The notes under the pieces were generated by a model. That model was not told the origin of the DNA and made no database searches. It was given only the letters and a program-made list of their open reading frames with translations. From a bacterium (lineage in GTDB: Bacteria > UBA8248), in contig OZ242260.1 in NCBI GenBank assembly GCA_965207065.1, positions 1,280,001 to 1,344,000 of the forward strand: a stretch of 64,000 nt of DNA. The letters are read 5' to 3'. Every line of letters starts with the position of its first letter. Within the stretch, counting starts at the first letter, position 1. This document shows positions 48,401 through 60,329 of the stretch, piece by piece. The position numbers and the translations under genes are program-made.

Positions 48401-51400
48401 CCGCCAGCGGCGAGATCACGTTCGAGACCGAAGTGCTCCCCTCGGACCCGCCGTGGATGACGGATCACCGGGTGTTCGGCCGGGTCATCGCACCGGGCGC
48501 GCTTTATGGAGCCATGGCGATCTCGGCATCCACCGCCGAGGGAAGCGGTTCGATGCTGGTCGAGGACATGCAATTCCACAACGCGTTGATCTTCGGTGAG
48601 GAGGATTCAGAGGGCGGCGGCGCGGGGCGGGAAGTGCAGGTTCTGCTCGATGCTCCGGGGGATGAGCCCTCGCGCCTCGTGCGGATATTCAGCAAAGGAG
48701 AGGCCGGGGAGGATTGGACGCTGCACGCGGAGTGTCGCGCGCCCTCGGGTGCGAACGCGCAACAGGCCACGGAGCAAGTGGACCTGGAAAGCATGAAGGC
48801 CGGTTTGACACCGGAGGACGTGCCGGCGTTTTACCGCGCCAAGGCGGGTGTGGGGATCGATCTCGGCCCGTCGTTCCGCACGCTGGGGCGTGTGTGGTCG
48901 CGGCAGGGCGAGGCGCTGGGCGAGGTGTACTTCCCCGAGGCGTTAGGCGCGAACGCTCTCGACGTGCACCCCCTCCTGCTCGACGGCTGTTTCCAGGTGA
49001 TGGGCGCGGCGCGCAATCCGGGCGGCGCCGAAGACGGCATCACCTACCTGCCGTTCGGCTGGGAGCGGCTGTGGCTGGCGGACCGGCTGCCGGATCGGCT
49101 TTTGTGCCACGTGCGTATGAGAGAGGCTCCGACGAGCCAGGAGCCGAGCGCCGAAACCGGTGTGGGGCCAGAAGTCTTCGTCGGCGATTTCCGTCTTTAT
49201 GATACGACCGGCGTGCTGGTCGGCGAGTTGAGCGGTTTCATGGTGAAGCGCGCGACGCGGGCGGCGCTGCTCTCGGCGTTGGAAGGCTTGGACGATCTTC
49301 TCTACGAAGTGGTTTGGCGCGAAAGCGCACTTGCGCCCGGTATGCTGCCTGCGGATTTCTTCCCGAGTCCGGGGGAGATAGCCGAGCGCTGGGGGCCGTT
49401 CTCCGACTACCTGGCGGCGGAAGGGGTCGACGCCTCATTGAGGCCCGCATTGCTGACGGACCTCTCGTGCATGGCGCGGCATTTTGCGCTCTCGGCCCTG
49501 GAGAAGCTCGGATGGGAACGGAAGGCGGGCGCTGTAGTGGACACAGAAGATCTGCGCTGGCGCCTGGGGGTCAAGGATGAACACGGCAAACTGTTCCGCC
49601 GGATGCTCGAGATATTGGCGGGGGCCGGCGTTCTGGAGGCGGCGGGTGATGGTTTCGTCGTCGCCGTAGGGGCCGGAGCGCCATTGCCGGAAGGAATTCC
49701 CGGCGATCCAGAAGAATTCGCGGCCGGGGTGAGCGAGCGTTATTCGTATGCTTCGAACGAGATCGGGCTGTTTCGAAGAAGCGCGGGCGCCCTCGCCGAA
49801 GTGCTTCGCGGCGAGGAGGACCCGCTGTCGCTCCTGTTCGGCAGCGGAGAACCGAGCGCCGCGGACCTCTACTTCAAGGCGCCGGTATGGCGTGCGGCGA
49901 ACCGGATGCTGGGAGACGCGGTACGCACCCTCGTCGCCGGGTTGCCCGAAGGACGCCGCCTGCGGGTGATCGAAGTCGGCGCGGGCACGGGGTCGGCGAC
50001 CGAATCCGTCCTGCCCGAGCTTCCCGAGGGGCGCTTCGACTACACCTACACCGACATCTCGGCGGGCTTCTTCGCGCAGGCGGAAGGGCTGTTCAGCGAC
50101 GGCGGCGGGTGCATCGATTACCGGGTGTTGGATATCGAAAAAGACCCGGTGGCGCAGGGCTTCGACTTCCATGGCTATGACCTGGTGATTGCCTCGAACG
50201 TGCTTCACGCCACGCGGTACCTGGAGGAGACGCTCACGCACTGCCGGGCGCTTCTCGCGCCGTCGGGACATCTCGTGGCGCTCGAGAACCTTTGCGGCCA
50301 GGATTGGCTGGATATGACTTTTGGACAACTGGACGGCTGGTGGCGGTTCGCCGACGAGCGCCGCCCCACCTACGCCTTGGCGGGGCCGGACGTTTGGCGG
50401 CATTCCCTTGATGCCGCGGGTTTCGAGGGAATGGAGATTCTGGGGCTGGGCGGGTCCGATTCCGCCGAGATGCCGGACAGGGGTGTGATACTGGCGCAAC
50501 TGCCCGAGGAGGTGGCCGAGCGTCCCGGCGTATGGGTTCTGGCGGCGGACCGCGGCGGCGAAGCCGAACAACTGGCGGCGGAATTAGCGTCGCGCAACCA
50601 GACGGTCGTGCTGGCGAGCGAGGCGGGCTCGACGAACGGGAGTGCTGCGGACGAAAAACCCGGAGTCATCCATACGTCTGTGGAGATGGATAGCCGCGAG
50701 TCCTGGGGAGTGCTGCTGGAGGGCCTGCCCGGAGATGCGCCGCTCAGCGGCGTCGTGCACCTCGCGGCGCTCGACGGCCACGGCCCCGGTGCGACGACCG
50801 AGGAGATGGCGGAGGATGTGAAACGGGTGGGCGCGAGCGCATTGGCCCTGGCGCAGGGGCTCCTGGACGTCGACGCGGCGCCCGGGAAGGGATTTTGGTT
50901 CCTCACGCGGGGCGCGCAGGTGCTGGAGCGCGAACGCGGTGGTGAGCTTGCCGGCGCGACGCTATGGGGTTTCGCTAAAGTGGTGGCCCGGGAAGCGTCC
51001 CACATGGAGCCGAAGTTGATCGATCTGGACCCTGAGCCGACTGCTCCGCCGACGGATATCGCCAATGAACTGCTCTATCCCGATACGGAAAATCAAATCG
51101 TCCACCGCGGCAACAGGCGCCGAGTGGCCCGTCTGGTCCGGACCGGCGAGGGAGCGGAGCGGCTGGCCTTCCCCGAAGAGACGGGCTGGCTGCTGGGTGT
51201 CGGCGAAGAAGGCGCGCTCGACGGCCTGCAGGCGCCGCCGCCGCCGCTCGAGCCGCGAGAAGTCCGCGTGGCCGTCGAGGCCGCCGGGCTCAACTTCTGG
51301 GACGTGTTCGCGGCGCTCGGCCTGATTGACGAAAAATTCCTGGGCACGGAGATGTGCGGCCATATCCTCGAGGTCGGCTCCGAGGTGTCGAGCGCCTCTG

Positions 51401-54400
51401 TGGGCGACCGCGTGGTGGGCGTGAAGCGCGGCGCGCGCGGTATGTTTGGGCCGGAATCCGTGACGCATGAGGATTTGGTGGCGCCCGCGCCGGCGGATTT
51501 ATCGGCCACGGCGCTCGCCACGATACCGACGGTGTTCCTGTCCGCAGCGCTGTCTTATGAACTCGCGGGGCTGAAAGCAGGCGATCGGGTGCTGATTCAC
51601 GCGGGCGCGGGCGGCGTGGGGCTTGCGGCCATCCAGTTGGCGCAGGCGGCGGGAGCGGAAGTGTTCGCGACGGCGAGCGCGCCGAAACAGGGTTACCTCC
51701 GCTCGCTGGGTGTGGAGCACGTATTCGACAGCCGCCAGACGAAATTCGGGGAAGAAATCCTGGAAGCCACGGGCGGCGAAGGCGTCGACCTTATCCTGAA
51801 CAGCCTGACGGCGGAGGGCTTCATCGACGCGTGCCTGTCGTGCCTGGCGGAAGGGGGCCGGTTCGTGGAACTGGCGGCGCGCGACATTCTGAGCGAGGAG
51901 GAGATGGCGGCGGTACGGCCGGACGTGGCCTATTACATCGTGAAGCTCGACGCCATGAAAGAAGATGAGCCGGAGCGGCCGGGGGCCTTGCTGAGAGAGG
52001 TCATGGAGCGGGTGGCGGCGGGAGGACTGAAGCCGCTCGTCCACACCAGGTGGCCGATGGCCGAGGCGAGGCAGGCCGTAGAGTTCATGCGCGACGGACG
52101 CCATATCGGAAAAATCGTCTTTGCGAATTCGCCGCTCACCAGGGGCCGCTTGCGGGAGGACAGGACCTACCTCGTCACCGGAGGCCTGGGCGGCATCGGG
52201 TGCGCCGTGGCCGGCTGGCTCGCCGAAAGGGGTGCCGGGGCTATCGTGCTAAATGGCCGGCGGCCCCCGGACCCGGAAGTCGAGGAAGCGGTCGAATTGT
52301 TGCGCAAGCGCGGGTTCACGGTGCAGGTGCAGCTCGCGGACGTGACGGACCCGGATGCGGTGGACGAGATGCTCGTGCGGATGGATGCGGAGTTGCCGCC
52401 CCTCGGCGGCGTGATCCACAGCGTGGGGGTGCTCTCTGACGGCGCGCTCGGGAACCAGAGCTGGGAGAAGTTCGAGCAGGTGCTTTGGCCCAAAGTGCTG
52501 GGCGCATGGCGCCTACACCGCGCGACGATGACTCGCGATCTGGACATGTTCGTCCTCTTCTCGAGCGCGGCCGGCGTGTTGGGCAACCCGGGCCAGGCGA
52601 ACCACGCGGCGGCCAACGCGTTCCTGGATCAACTCGCCGTCCACCGCCGGGCGCTGGGACTCCCGGGCCAGGCCATCGCCTGGGGCGCGTGGTCGGAGAT
52701 TGGCGAAGCCGAGGAGCAGCGGGAGAGAATCTCCAGAAGTATCGAAGTAACGGGAGTCGGCTGGATGACACCGCAGCAGGGGCTCAGGGCATTCGACCGA
52801 CTGGTTCGCGAGGACGCCGCGAATTCCATGGTTCTGGCGAGGGATTGGTCCGTATTCGAAAAGACTCTGGATAACATTCCCCCGTTTTTCGAAGACCTGC
52901 TTTCCTTCACTCAAGACGCAGAGTCCGACTCGCCCGCCCTGGCGGAAGACCTGTTGTCCCGACTGGCGGAGACGCCCGCTGCGGAGCGCGAGGCCCTGCT
53001 GGTGTCGTTCCTGCAGCAGGAACTCCAGGCGGTGCTGCGGCTGCCGAGCACGCCCGAACCCACGGTGGGATTTTTTGATCTCGGCATGGACTCGCTCATG
53101 GCCGTGGAACTTCGAAACCGGCTGAACCGCGCGTTCACGGACGCCTATACGGCCCCGAACACCGTGGTGTTCGACTATCCAGACATCGCGGTGCTCGCCC
53201 GTCATCTGGCCGGCGAACTCGGCGACCTCGGCCCCGCGCCCGCCCCTCAGGCGCAACCCGAGCCGGAGCGTCGGCCCGCCGCGCCGCGCAAGGAGGAGCA
53301 GATCGCGGTCGTCGGCATGGCGTGCCGCTTCCCGGGCGCGCCCGACATTTCCGCCTTCTGGCGTTTGCTCGAAGCGGGCGTCGACGCGGTGACGGACGGG
53401 CGGCGCGATTCCGGCCCCTGGAGCGGCGTCGCCGGAGACCCCGAAGCCGAGGAAGCCGTCTACCGTCGAGGCGGGTTCATCGAAGGAATCGACTTATTCG
53501 ACGCACGTTTCTTCGGCATCAAGCCGATCGAGGCGTGGATGATGGACCCGCGCCAGAGGATGTTGCTGGAAACGAGCTGGGAGGCGCTCGAGGACGCAGG
53601 CATCGACCCCGCACCGCTCAAGGGTACTCGCGCAGGAGTATATGTCGGGCTGGGCGGCAGCGAGTACCGGGACCTGGTAACGGCCAGCGGCCTGGAGGAC
53701 AGCTATCTCGGCACCGCCCCGAGCGTCACCATCGGGCGGGTCGCCTTCGCCCTCGGTCTGATGGGGCCTGCGGTGCCGCTGGACATGACCTGCGCATCGT
53801 CGCTTGTGGCGGTGCACCAGGCGGCCGCAGCCCTCCGGCGAGGCGAGGTGGACCTGGCTCTTTCCGGAGGGGTAAACGCAGTGCTGTCCCTCCCGATTAC
53901 GAAATTCATGGCGGAGTTCGGCATGTTGTCGCCGAGCGGTCTGTGCCGGACCTTCGATGCGACTGCGGACGGCTTCGTTCGCGGCGAGGGCTGCGGCATC
54001 GTGGTGATGAAGCGGTTGAGCGACGCGGAGGCGGACGGCGACCGCATCTGGGGCCTGGTGCGGGGATCGGCTGTCAACCAGAACGGCGCGAGCGCCGCGC
54101 TGACGGTGCCCAACGGTACGGCGCAGGAACAAGTGCTCGAAGATGCGCTCGCCCGGTCCGGTTTTCCGCCCTCGGAAGTGGATTATCTGGAAGCGCATGC
54201 GACGGGGTCGCAACTGGGCGATCCGATTGAGGTGCGCGCATCGGCGGCGGTGTACGGGCGAGGACGCACGGCGGACCGCCCGCTCCTGCTCGGCACGGCG
54301 AAGACGAACATCGGCCATCTGGAGTCGGCCGCGGGAATCGCCGGCCTGATCAAGGTATTGCTGGCGATGAAGCATGGAGTCATTCCCAAACACCTGCATT

Positions 54401-55842
54401 TCGATAACCCGAATCCGCACATGGAGTGGGACGCGCTACCGGTTCGGGTGACTTCTGAAGCAATGGAATGGCCGGCTGCCGCCGCTCACCCGCACCGCGC
54501 GGGGGTGAGCGCATTCGCCCTTTCGGGGACGAACGCGCACGTCCTGGTGGAGGGGTATGGCGCGCCGGAGAGCGACCCCGCGGCAGGTGCCGGGCGGGGT
54601 TCCCCTGCGGGTTCAGCGCAGCCTGTCGCCGTAATGCTGCCGGAGTTGGTCCCGGAATCGCCGACGGCGGAGGGGTTACGCCCGCGCCGGATGCGGATGC
54701 TTCCGCTATCGGGCAAATCGGGCGATGCGCTTCGTAAACTGGCGGAACGGTATCTCTCCTGGATGGACGAGCGCGCTGAGGAGCTTTCCGCCGAAGACGC
54801 CATGCAGTCCGTATTGCCGGACATGGCATGGACGGCGTCCGTGGGGCGGAGCCATTTCGCGCACCGCGCGGGCGTCGTATTCGAGGACGCAACGTCGTTG
54901 CGGGAAGGATTGAGAGCGCTTGCGGAGTCAGACGAGTTCCCGAAGCCGCGGGCTGCGGCGCGGGTGGCCTTCGCATACGCCGGAGAAGACGGCATTCAGG
55001 TCGGCTTGGGTGAGGCGTTGTATGAGAGCGATCCGGTGGCGCGTGCGGTTCTGGACCACTGCGACGATGTGCTCCGGGTGGAGCGCGGCGCTTCGCTGCT
55101 GGACGTGATGTTCGGCCGCACTGGAGAACTGGACGACCCGGGGTGGGCGCAGCCGGCGGCCTTTGCGCTCGAATGTGCGCTCACGGCGCTTTGGGCGAGC
55201 GTCGGGATTCGGCCGAACGTGGTGTTCGGGGCAGGCGCGGGAGAGATAGCGGCGGCGCATGCGGCGGGCGTGTTCAGCCTGGAGGAGGGCTTGCGTTTCG
55301 CCGCAAGGCGCGGTGCGCTGATGGAGGCGCTCACGGGAGGCGAAGGACAGGAAGCGGCGCTCGACGAACTGGAAACGGCGCTCGAGGGCGTCGTAACGGC
55401 GTTGCCTTCACTTACGCTGGTGAACCAGGTGACAGGCCAGGCCCTCGGCCCGGGCGAAACGATGGATGCGGCGTACTGGCGACGACAAGCGCGTGAGCCA
55501 GCGGCGTTCGAGGGATGTGTGGGGACGCTCACGGAGTTGGGGGTGGAGGTCGTCGTGGAGATCGCCGTGGACTCGATATTGACGCAGCGGGTGGCATCGG
55601 CCTTGCCAGGGCCTGGAGGCGACGAAGGAGCGAGCGGGAATGGCGCCGCGCCGCCGGTGGTGTTTTCGAGCATAAGGCAATCGTCTGTAAGTGAGCACGG
55701 TTTCGTCGAGGCGGTAGCGCGGGCGTATGAGGCGGGACTCTCGATCGATTTTGCTTGGCTGTTCGCCGGAGAGGAGAGGCGGCGGATCTCGTTGCCGGGC
55801 TACCCGTTCCAACGCCTGCGCTTCTGGTTCGATGCAACTTAA
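45454..55842 (+). CDS. supA: Type I polyketide synthase SupA: KS-AT-DH-MT-ER-KR-ACP-KS-AT(inactive)
   Basis: KS1 DTACSS/HGTGT/NIGH; AT1 [60 protein letters not shown]2 DMTCASS/HATGS/NIGH; AT2 GAGAG. Matches the sponge-symbiont ubiquitous PKS architecture. Start placed at ATG 45454 after GGAGG. Confidence 0.93.
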   Translation: MSTGGNFRSSELPQTGAQASSRPGEPIAIVGMACRFPNAVGLPAFWRLLEAGENAVTRGDPGSGVGRVGVLFPDAEIQSEACRFGAYLEDIDQFDAAFFRISPVEAQLLDPQQRLMLETSWRALEDAGMDPERLRGSRTGVYGGVSNNEYRNLIMDVSDTAEPATSLYTVSGTSFNTAVGRVSFALGFEGPAIALDTACSSSLVAIHQAVAGLQRREADLALAGGVHTILSGRLLELRGNAGMLSPEGRCATFDAAANGYVRGEGCGIVVLKRLAEAEADGDRIWGVIRGSAINQDGASPGLTVPSGAAQERVIAEALSRAGIRPHEVDYLEAHGTGTEVGDPIELEAAAAAYGKGRAADRPLLIGSVKTNIGHLESSAGVAGLIKATLALKQGVIPKHLHFREPTPAVDWTRMSLRVTAEATQWPRHPEHPPRAGVSGFGWSGTNAHVIVERYETQEGDSTVGAMNEPVGSALPVAVSPPEPAADPPKASDGLLKRKARILPLSGKSEAALRDLAGRYLSWLDEREEALAPESAASEPLLSNMAWTTAVGRSHFTHRAGLLFGDAARLREGLNALAEGGEAPEVRTATRVAFLFTGQGSQWVGMGGDLYETEPVARAVLDRCEEVVREQRGASLLDVMFGRSEGNLNDTVWAQPAIYAIECAVTALWASLGVRPDVVVGHSVGEFGAAHAAGVFGLEDGMRAVMGRSEILASAPEAGTMAAVFASYPAVEAAVREYNESAGSERLAIAARNGAHQVLSGQVSAVEAVSERFEAEEVRVRPINTSQAFHSPLVEPGLDALEALFESVRIAPPSLATLVSNVTGRVVEPDEVLGGGYWRRHAREAVAFDRGVRTLANLGVDLVVEVGPHAVLGPMLSLAWPGPDEGGDDLVGDVEAPRVLASLQRPSQDEEKPADEMETSFPGAVAGAYEAGLDLSFQGLFAGEERRRISLPGYPFQRERYWVEAPKRRRRSVGLPLLGERHESASGEITFETEVLPSDPPWMTDHRVFGRVIAPGALYGAMAISASTAEGSGSMLVEDMQFHNALIFGEEDSEGGGAGREVQVLLDAPGDEPSRLVRIFSKGEAGEDWTLHAECRAPSGANAQQATEQVDLESMKAGLTPEDVPAFYRAKAGVGIDLGPSFRTLGRVWSRQGEALGEVYFPEALGANALDVHPLLLDGCFQVMGAARNPGGAEDGITYLPFGWERLWLADRLPDRLLCHVRMREAPTSQEPSAETGVGPEVFVGDFRLYDTTGVLVGELSGFMVKRATRAALLSALEGLDDLLYEVVWRESALAPGMLPADFFPSPGEIAERWGPFSDYLAAEGVDASLRPALLTDLSCMARHFALSALEKLGWERKAGAVVDTEDLRWRLGVKDEHGKLFRRMLEILAGAGVLEAAGDGFVVAVGAGAPLPEGIPGDPEEFAAGVSERYSYASNEIGLFRRSAGALAEVLRGEEDPLSLLFGSGEPSAADLYFKAPVWRAANRMLGDAVRTLVAGLPEGRRLRVIEVGAGTGSATESVLPELPEGRFDYTYTDISAGFFAQAEGLFSDGGGCIDYRVLDIEKDPVAQGFDFHGYDLVIASNVLHATRYLEETLTHCRALLAPSGHLVALENLCGQDWLDMTFGQLDGWWRFADERRPTYALAGPDVWRHSLDAAGFEGMEILGLGGSDSAEMPDRGVILAQLPEEVAERPGVWVLAADRGGEAEQLAAELASRNQTVVLASEAGSTNGSAADEKPGVIHTSVEMDSRESWGVLLEGLPGDAPLSGVVHLAALDGHGPGATTEEMAEDVKRVGASALALAQGLLDVDAAPGKGFWFLTRGAQVLERERGGELAGATLWGFAKVVAREASHMEPKLIDLDPEPTAPPTDIANELLYPDTENQIVHRGNRRRVARLVRTGEGAERLAFPEETGWLLGVGEEGALDGLQAPPPPLEPREVRVAVEAAGLNFWDVFAALGLIDEKFLGTEMCGHILEVGSEVSSASVGDRVVGVKRGARGMFGPESVTHEDLVAPAPADLSATALATIPTVFLSAALSYELAGLKAGDRVLIHAGAGGVGLAAIQLAQAAGAEVFATASAPKQGYLRSLGVEHVFDSRQTKFGEEILEATGGEGVDLILNSLTAEGFIDACLSCLAEGGRFVELAARDILSEEEMAAVRPDVAYYIVKLDAMKEDEPERPGALLREVMERVAAGGLKPLVHTRWPMAEARQAVEFMRDGRHIGKIVFANSPLTRGRLREDRTYLVTGGLGGIGCAVAGWLAERGAGAIVLNGRRPPDPEVEEAVELLRKRGFTVQVQLADVTDPDAVDEMLVRMDAELPPLGGVIHSVGVLSDGALGNQSWEKFEQVLWPKVLGAWRLHRATMTRDLDMFVLFSSAAGVLGNPGQANHAAANAFLDQLAVHRRALGLPGQAIAWGAWSEIGEAEEQRERISRSIEVTGVGWMTPQQGLRAFDRLVREDAANSMVLARDWSVFEKTLDNIPPFFEDLLSFTQDAESDSPALAEDLLSRLAETPAAEREALLVSFLQQELQAVLRLPSTPEPTVGFFDLGMDSLMAVELRNRLNRAFTDAYTAPNTVVFDYPDIAVLARHLAGELGDLGPAPAPQAQPEPERRPAAPRKEEQIAVVGMACRFPGAPDISAFWRLLEAGVDAVTDGRRDSGPWSGVAGDPEAEEAVYRRGGFIEGIDLFDARFFGIKPIEAWMMDPRQRMLLETSWEALEDAGIDPAPLKGTRAGVYVGLGGSEYRDLVTASGLEDSYLGTAPSVTIGRVAFALGLMGPAVPLDMTCASSLVAVHQAAAALRRGEVDLALSGGVNAVLSLPITKFMAEFGMLSPSGLCRTFDATADGFVRGEGCGIVVMKRLSDAEADGDRIWGLVRGSAVNQNGASAALTVPNGTAQEQVLEDALARSGFPPSEVDYLEAHATGSQLGDPIEVRASAAVYGRGRTADRPLLLGTAKTNIGHLESAAGIAGLIKVLLAMKHGVIPKHLHFDNPNPHMEWDALPVRVTSEAMEWPAAAAHPHRAGVSAFALSGTNAHVLVEGYGAPESDPAAGAGRGSPAGSAQPVAVMLPELVPESPTAEGLRPRRMRMLPLSGKSGDALRKLAERYLSWMDERAEELSAEDAMQSVLPDMAWTASVGRSHFAHRAGVVFEDATSLREGLRALAESDEFPKPRAAARVAFAYAGEDGIQVGLGEALYESDPVARAVLDHCDDVLRVERGASLLDVMFGRTGELDDPGWAQPAAFALECALTALWASVGIRPNVVFGAGAGEIAAAHAAGVFSLEEGLRFAARRGALMEALTGGEGQEAALDELETALEGVVTALPSLTLVNQVTGQALGPGETMDAAYWRRQAREPAAFEGCVGTLTELGVEVVVEIAVDSILTQRVASALPGPGGDEGASGNGAAPPVVFSSIRQSSVSEHGFVEAVARAYEAGLSIDFAWLFAGEERRRISLPGYPFQRLRFWFDAT

Positions 55843-55847
55843 AAAAC

Positions 55848-55875
55848 TTGACAAGCATGTCCGGTGGGCTATGAT
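55848..55875 (+). promoter_or_regulatory. Putative internal sigma70 promoter for the ACP gene
   Basis: TTGACA-16 bp-TATGAT. Confidence 0.55.
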
Positions 55876-55931
55876 CTGACTTCATTTTCAATCACCGTCC
55901 TGTGCTTTTTCTAAAGAAAGGAAACGCGACT

Positions 55932-56153
55932 ATGGCGTCAATTGAAGAACGTGTAGGAGATCTTGCAGAGAAACATCTGGGCATTTCGGATCGGGCGATG
56001 CTGGATGCAAGCGTCGGCGAACTCGGTATTAATTCGATGGATGCCGTGAATTTTCTCAAGACTGTCAATCAGGAATTCGGGGTCGATATTTCTCCCGACG
56101 AAGCCGCAGGTTTCAACAACTTCAGAGACTTGATCAACCATCTTGGAGGTTGA
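55932..56153 (+). CDS. supB: Stand-alone acyl carrier protein
   Basis: 73 aa, acidic; ELGINSMDAV with attachment Ser; follows supA. Confidence 0.85.
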   Translation: MASIEERVGDLAEKHLGISDRAMLDASVGELGINSMDAVNFLKTVNQEFGVDISPDEAAGFNNFRDLINHLGG

Positions 56154-56230
56154 AACCGAACCCTGTTGTGCATGGCCCTTCACTTGGGCGAAAAACACAG
56201 GATTTCGGAGATCATTTCGTTTCATACGGG

Positions 56231-56266
56231 AACCGGGGCCAGTCCCGCGAGTCTGGCTCCGGTTTT
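56231..56266 (+). terminator. Hairpin/terminator-like structure after ACP
   Basis: AACCGGGGCCAG...CTGGCTCCGGTTTT. Confidence 0.5.
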
Positions 56267-56314
56267 GAGACGCATAGGTGACGACTCCGGCGCTCGCGGA
56301 AAGATTGAAAGACC

Positions 56315-57055
56315 ATGTCTGCTGACGCCCTCGATTCCTGGTTCCGAACGTTTCATGAAATGGATGACATTCTCGTCGTGCATGTCGACCTGACGCCTCA
56401 TGAGGCTCGCGAGGCGCACGCTTTTGCCTGGCTTGACGAGAAAGAACGGGCTCGCTGGCGCCGATACCGATATAACCGCCCCCGGGGCGAATTCACCCTG
56501 TGCCGCGGGGCGCTGCGCTCCATACTTTGCTCCCGGCTCGGGTGCAAGAACGAACGTCTCTCGTTCGACGTATTGAAGCATGGGAAACCGTTCGCGCTGG
56601 TGGACGGAATTGCGGCTCCCGTCAGCTTCAACGTCAGTCACGGCGGCAAATATGGATTGATAGCGCTTGCGCCGCAGGGGCGGCTCGGCGTGGACGTGGA
56701 GGAGCGCGTCGCTCGCTTCGATCTCGATGGAATGAGCGAGTTCGTGTTCAGCCCAGGCGAGCAAGCCGACTTCGCAGCGGTGCGTGGACAAGTAAAATTT
56801 CATTTGTTCTTCACGCTCTGGACGCTCAAAGAGGCGCTCATCAAGGCCCTCGGAACGGGGTTTTCCCTGGATCCGTCCCGGTTTGAAATTCCATCGGCCA
56901 TGCGGCGAGGCGCAAGAAAGGGCATGTTCCGATTCCCCCACATACCGGATGTCGGGTGGAGACTCGAAAATCTGGGCAATCCGGATTTCGCCGCCGCCAT
57001 CGCCTATGAAGCGGATCTAGCTCTCGTTCGGGGGGCGAGCGAGGGGTCTCGATGA
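56315..57055 (+). CDS. supC: Sfp-type 4'-phosphopantetheinyl transferase
   Basis: GKP, FNVSH, LGVDVE, WTLKEALIKALG.G. Confidence 0.92.
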   Translation: MSADALDSWFRTFHEMDDILVVHVDLTPHEAREAHAFAWLDEKERARWRRYRYNRPRGEFTLCRGALRSILCSRLGCKNERLSFDVLKHGKPFALVDGIAAPVSFNVSHGGKYGLIALAPQGRLGVDVEERVARFDLDGMSEFVFSPGEQADFAAVRGQVKFHLFFTLWTLKEALIKALGTGFSLDPSRFEIPSAMRRGARKGMFRFPHIPDVGWRLENLGNPDFAAAIAYEADLALVRGASEGSR

Positions 57056-57966
57056 CGAATTCGGAAAAAATATGGGAGATCCCCGAACCGCTCTCCGTTC
57101 ACGAAATTCAGATGGAAGACGAGACCGTCATCATCCTGCGGTGCCACGGGAATCCGGCGGGCCCCAGGCTCGTTCTGAGCCACGGCAACGGTCTCGCGAC
57201 CGATCTCTACTACCCCTTCTGGTCATTGCTCACTGAGGAATTCGATCTGATCCTGTATGACCTGAGGAACCATGGCTGGAACCCCGTCGGTCCGCAAAGA
57301 GGACATAACCTCCCTTCCTTCGTCGATGACCACGACCGCATTCTCGAAGAAATCGACTCAGAGTACGGTGAGAAGCCGAAAATCGGCGTGTTTCACTCCG
57401 TTTCGGCGTTGACTTCGCTTCTCTCGCCCACCCATGGCAGCGGGTTCGCGGCGCGCGTTCTGTTCGATCCACCGGTGTGCAAGCCCGATGATTACCCCGA
57501 AGAGTTCGACGTGGCCACCAGGCGAATTTTCGAGATGACCCTGCGCCGCACCGAAAAATTCAGTTCCATCGAAGAATGCGCGGATTTCCTGCGCTACATG
57601 CCAGCATTCAGCCGCGTCGTTCCTGGAATTCGTAATCTCTTTGCAAGGACGACGCTTCGTGAATCCGCAAACGGGCGGGGTTATGAACTAAGGTGTCCCC
57701 GCGAGTACGAAGCGCAGATCATCAACCACGCCAGGGCTTTCGCCGTATGGGTGGATTTGGATTCGCTTCACTGCCCGACGAAAGTCATCGGCGCCGACCC
57801 CATCCTGCCGTACTCGTTCCTGCCGACTTTCGACCTGAGTCATATATCGAGCGTGGACTATGATTTCCTGCCCGATGCGACGCATTTTCTTCAAATCGAA
57901 CAACCCGAGGAATGCGTAGAAGTTGTGCGGGAGTTTCTCGAGTTTCACGACCTCCTGAATCCGTGA
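57052..57966 (+). CDS. supD: Alpha/beta hydrolase
   Basis: SHGNG oxyanion motif, YDLRNHG, FHS nucleophile, THFLQ His; ATGA overlap with PPTase. Confidence 0.85.
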   Translation: MTNSEKIWEIPEPLSVHEIQMEDETVIILRCHGNPAGPRLVLSHGNGLATDLYYPFWSLLTEEFDLILYDLRNHGWNPVGPQRGHNLPSFVDDHDRILEEIDSEYGEKPKIGVFHSVSALTSLLSPTHGSGFAARVLFDPPVCKPDDYPEEFDVATRRIFEMTLRRTEKFSSIEECADFLRYMPAFSRVVPGIRNLFARTTLRESANGRGYELRCPREYEAQIINHARAFAVWVDLDSLHCPTKVIGADPILPYSFLPTFDLSHISSVDYDFLPDATHFLQIEQPEECVEVVREFLEFHDLLNP

Positions 57967-58030
57967 ATCCACAGATGAGAATGACAAATGTGGTCACGAA
58001 GAACCTCCAATACCTGACATCGGTCGCGCC

Positions 58031-59761
58031 ATGAGTTCGAAAGATTCGGGCCTCCGCTATCAGGCCGACGAAAAACCACCGGTAACACTCGCCTTCGGCC
58101 TGGGTCTGCAGCTCACCGCTCTCAGCGTATCCGCTACGATATTGATTACGACAGTCATCATGCGGGCCGCCGGCCAAAGCGAAGCCTATCTGGCATGGGC
58201 CGTGTTCACCGCCGTCGCGATCGGAGGCGCCGCCACGATGCTCCAGGCGCACCGGCTCGGTAGATTCGGCATGGGACACGTGCTCATGATGGGCAGTTCA
58301 GCGGCCTTCATCGCGGTCGGCATCGAGGCGCTTACGAAGGGCGGTCCCACCACCCTCGCCACACTGGTAATCGCCTCGGGGCTCTTCCAGCTCGTCATAT
58401 CCGACAGACTCTCGTTGTTTCGGCGGATCCTGACACCGGCCGTCTCGGGAACGGTGCTCATGCTGATACCGGTTTCGGTGATGTCGGCAGTTTTCAATCT
58501 GCTGAAGGACGTCCCGCAGGGAAGCCCGGTTATCGGCGCTCCGCTGAGCGCGCTGGCGACTGTGCTCGTCATATGCGGCCTCACGCTCAAGGCGAGTGGA
58601 ACGCTTCGCCTCTGGGCGCCTGTCATCGGCGTTCTCGCAGGCTCGCTCGCCGCCGTCTTTTTCGGTATTTACGACACGGCGCGCGTCGTAGAAGCCTCGT
58701 GGGCCGGTTTGCCCCCGGTCGAATGGCCGGGCTTCAATCTGCGATTCGGGCCGGTTTTCTGGTCGCTTCTTCCGGGGTTCCTGCTGGCGGCCACCATCGG
58801 CTCCATCCGGACGATCAGCAGCGCCGCCGCCGCTCAACGCGTCTCCTGGCGCGGGCCCCGGGCGGTGGATTTCCGGGACGTGCAAGGCGCTGTGGCCGCT
58901 GACGGTCTGAGCAATCTACTCTCCGGCCTCGCGGGAACGGCGCCGAACACATCCTACACGACTGGCGCATCCCTGGCCCAACTCACCGGAGTCGCGAGCC
59001 GACACGTCGGGATAGCCGCAGGCGCGGTGTTCCTGGCGCTGGCGTTTCTGCCGAAGGCGCTCGCACTGATGCTGGCGATACCGGGGCCGGTCTTCGCCGC
59101 TTTTCTTCTCATCATGATCGCTATGCTCTTCATGGTCGGTGTGCAGATGATTCTTCAGGACGGGGTCGACTACCGCAAGAGCCTGATCGTCGGCGTCTCG
59201 TTCTGGCTCGGCGTGGCTTTTCAGAGCGGCGTCATTTTCCCGGAGTTTTTCTCGAAATTCGCGGGCGGCCTCATGAACAACGGCATGACGGCCGGCGGCA
59301 TCGTCGCCATCCTCATGACCCTGTTCGTGGAGATCACCGAACCCCGCCCCAGCCGAATGGAAGCGCCGCTCGACACCTCGTCCCTACCGGGGTTCAGGGA
59401 GTTTCTCGGCCAGTTCGCCACCAAAGGCGGCTGGGACGAGGCGATGTCGAAACGCCTGGGCGGCGTCTGCGAGGAGATTCTGCTGACGCTGCTCGGGCCG
59501 GACGAGGGAGAGGAGCAAAATGGAGGGTGGCTGGTGTTGCTCGCGAAAAAAGACGGCGCCGCAGCGGTTCTCGAGTTTATCGCCGCGGCGGGTGAGGCGG
59601 GGAATCTCGAGGATCGAGTCGCGCTGCTCGGTGAGCAGGCGGAAGATACCCATTTGGAGGAAGAAGTATCTCTGCGGCTTTTGCACCATCACTCGGCTTC
59701 GGTTCGCCACCAGCAATACCACGGGGTGGACATCGTGACCGTCCGCGTGGAAGCGCCATAG
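58031..59761 (+). CDS. supE: Xanthine/uracil (NCS2)-like permease with soluble C-terminal extension
   Basis: Y..DEKPP...GLQ start, many TM helices, GAV.ADGL.N.LSGL.G. Confidence 0.82.
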   Translation: MSSKDSGLRYQADEKPPVTLAFGLGLQLTALSVSATILITTVIMRAAGQSEAYLAWAVFTAVAIGGAATMLQAHRLGRFGMGHVLMMGSSAAFIAVGIEALTKGGPTTLATLVIASGLFQLVISDRLSLFRRILTPAVSGTVLMLIPVSVMSAVFNLLKDVPQGSPVIGAPLSALATVLVICGLTLKASGTLRLWAPVIGVLAGSLAAVFFGIYDTARVVEASWAGLPPVEWPGFNLRFGPVFWSLLPGFLLAATIGSIRTISSAAAAQRVSWRGPRAVDFRDVQGAVAADGLSNLLSGLAGTAPNTSYTTGASLAQLTGVASRHVGIAAGAVFLALAFLPKALALMLAIPGPVFAAFLLIMIAMLFMVGVQMILQDGVDYRKSLIVGVSFWLGVAFQSGVIFPEFFSKFAGGLMNNGMTAGGIVAILMTLFVEITEPRPSRMEAPLDTSSLPGFREFLGQFATKGGWDEAMSKRLGGVCEEILLTLLGPDEGEEQNGGWLVLLAKKDGAAAVLEFIAAAGEAGNLEDRVALLGEQAEDTHLEEEVSLRLLHHHSASVRHQQYHGVDIVTVRVEAP

Positions 59762-59955
59762 CCGGTCGTTCGCGCACAAACGAGAAGAATCATATACATG
59801 GCTCGCAGCGGGATTCCGGGCTTTGGATTCTACAGAGAACGACGTATCACTTCCTCTTGTCGTGAACCTTCCTGGCGCGGGCGGCCACCGTCGCGCCATG
59901 CCGCTATCATCGATGCGGGTGGCGGGACGACCCGCAATCTTCGGGGTCCGCGGGC

Positions 59956-59985
59956 TTGTCGGAATGCGGATGCTTTACCTATAAT
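59956..59985 (+). promoter_or_regulatory. Putative sigma70 promoter for second ACP
   Basis: TTGTCG-18 bp-TATAAT. Confidence 0.45.
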
Positions 59986-60060
59986 TGCGATATGGGTTTC
60001 GCGACACACGACCGCTTCAGAATCTTGCGTTTGCGACCACCGGGAAAGGGATACACATTC

Positions 60061-60288
60061 ATGTCGACAACACAGACCCGCATCAAACAAATCGTTGCGC
60101 ACACTCTCGACCTCGACCATGAGCTGGATTTCAATGCCCAGCTCAGCGAATCAGAAGTTACCTCAATGGAGGCGGTCGCTTTCTTCAAACTGGTCGACAA
60201 GCAGTTCGGCCTTGAGTTGGCCATAGAGGACTTCGCGAAGTTCCAGACCCTGCAGGATATCGTAGAACATATCGACGCACGCGGCTGA
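60061..60288 (+). CDS. Second stand-alone acyl carrier protein (SupB paralogue)
   Basis: 75 aa; SEVTSMEAVAFFKLV..QFG..L...D...F.TL.D aligns with supB. Confidence 0.8.
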   Translation: MSTTQTRIKQIVAHTLDLDHELDFNAQLSESEVTSMEAVAFFKLVDKQFGLELAIEDFAKFQTLQDIVEHIDARG

Positions 60289-60329
60289 TCGGCGTTCCTC
60301 GACGCTCGGGCGCAGCCAAGCCGCCGGAT

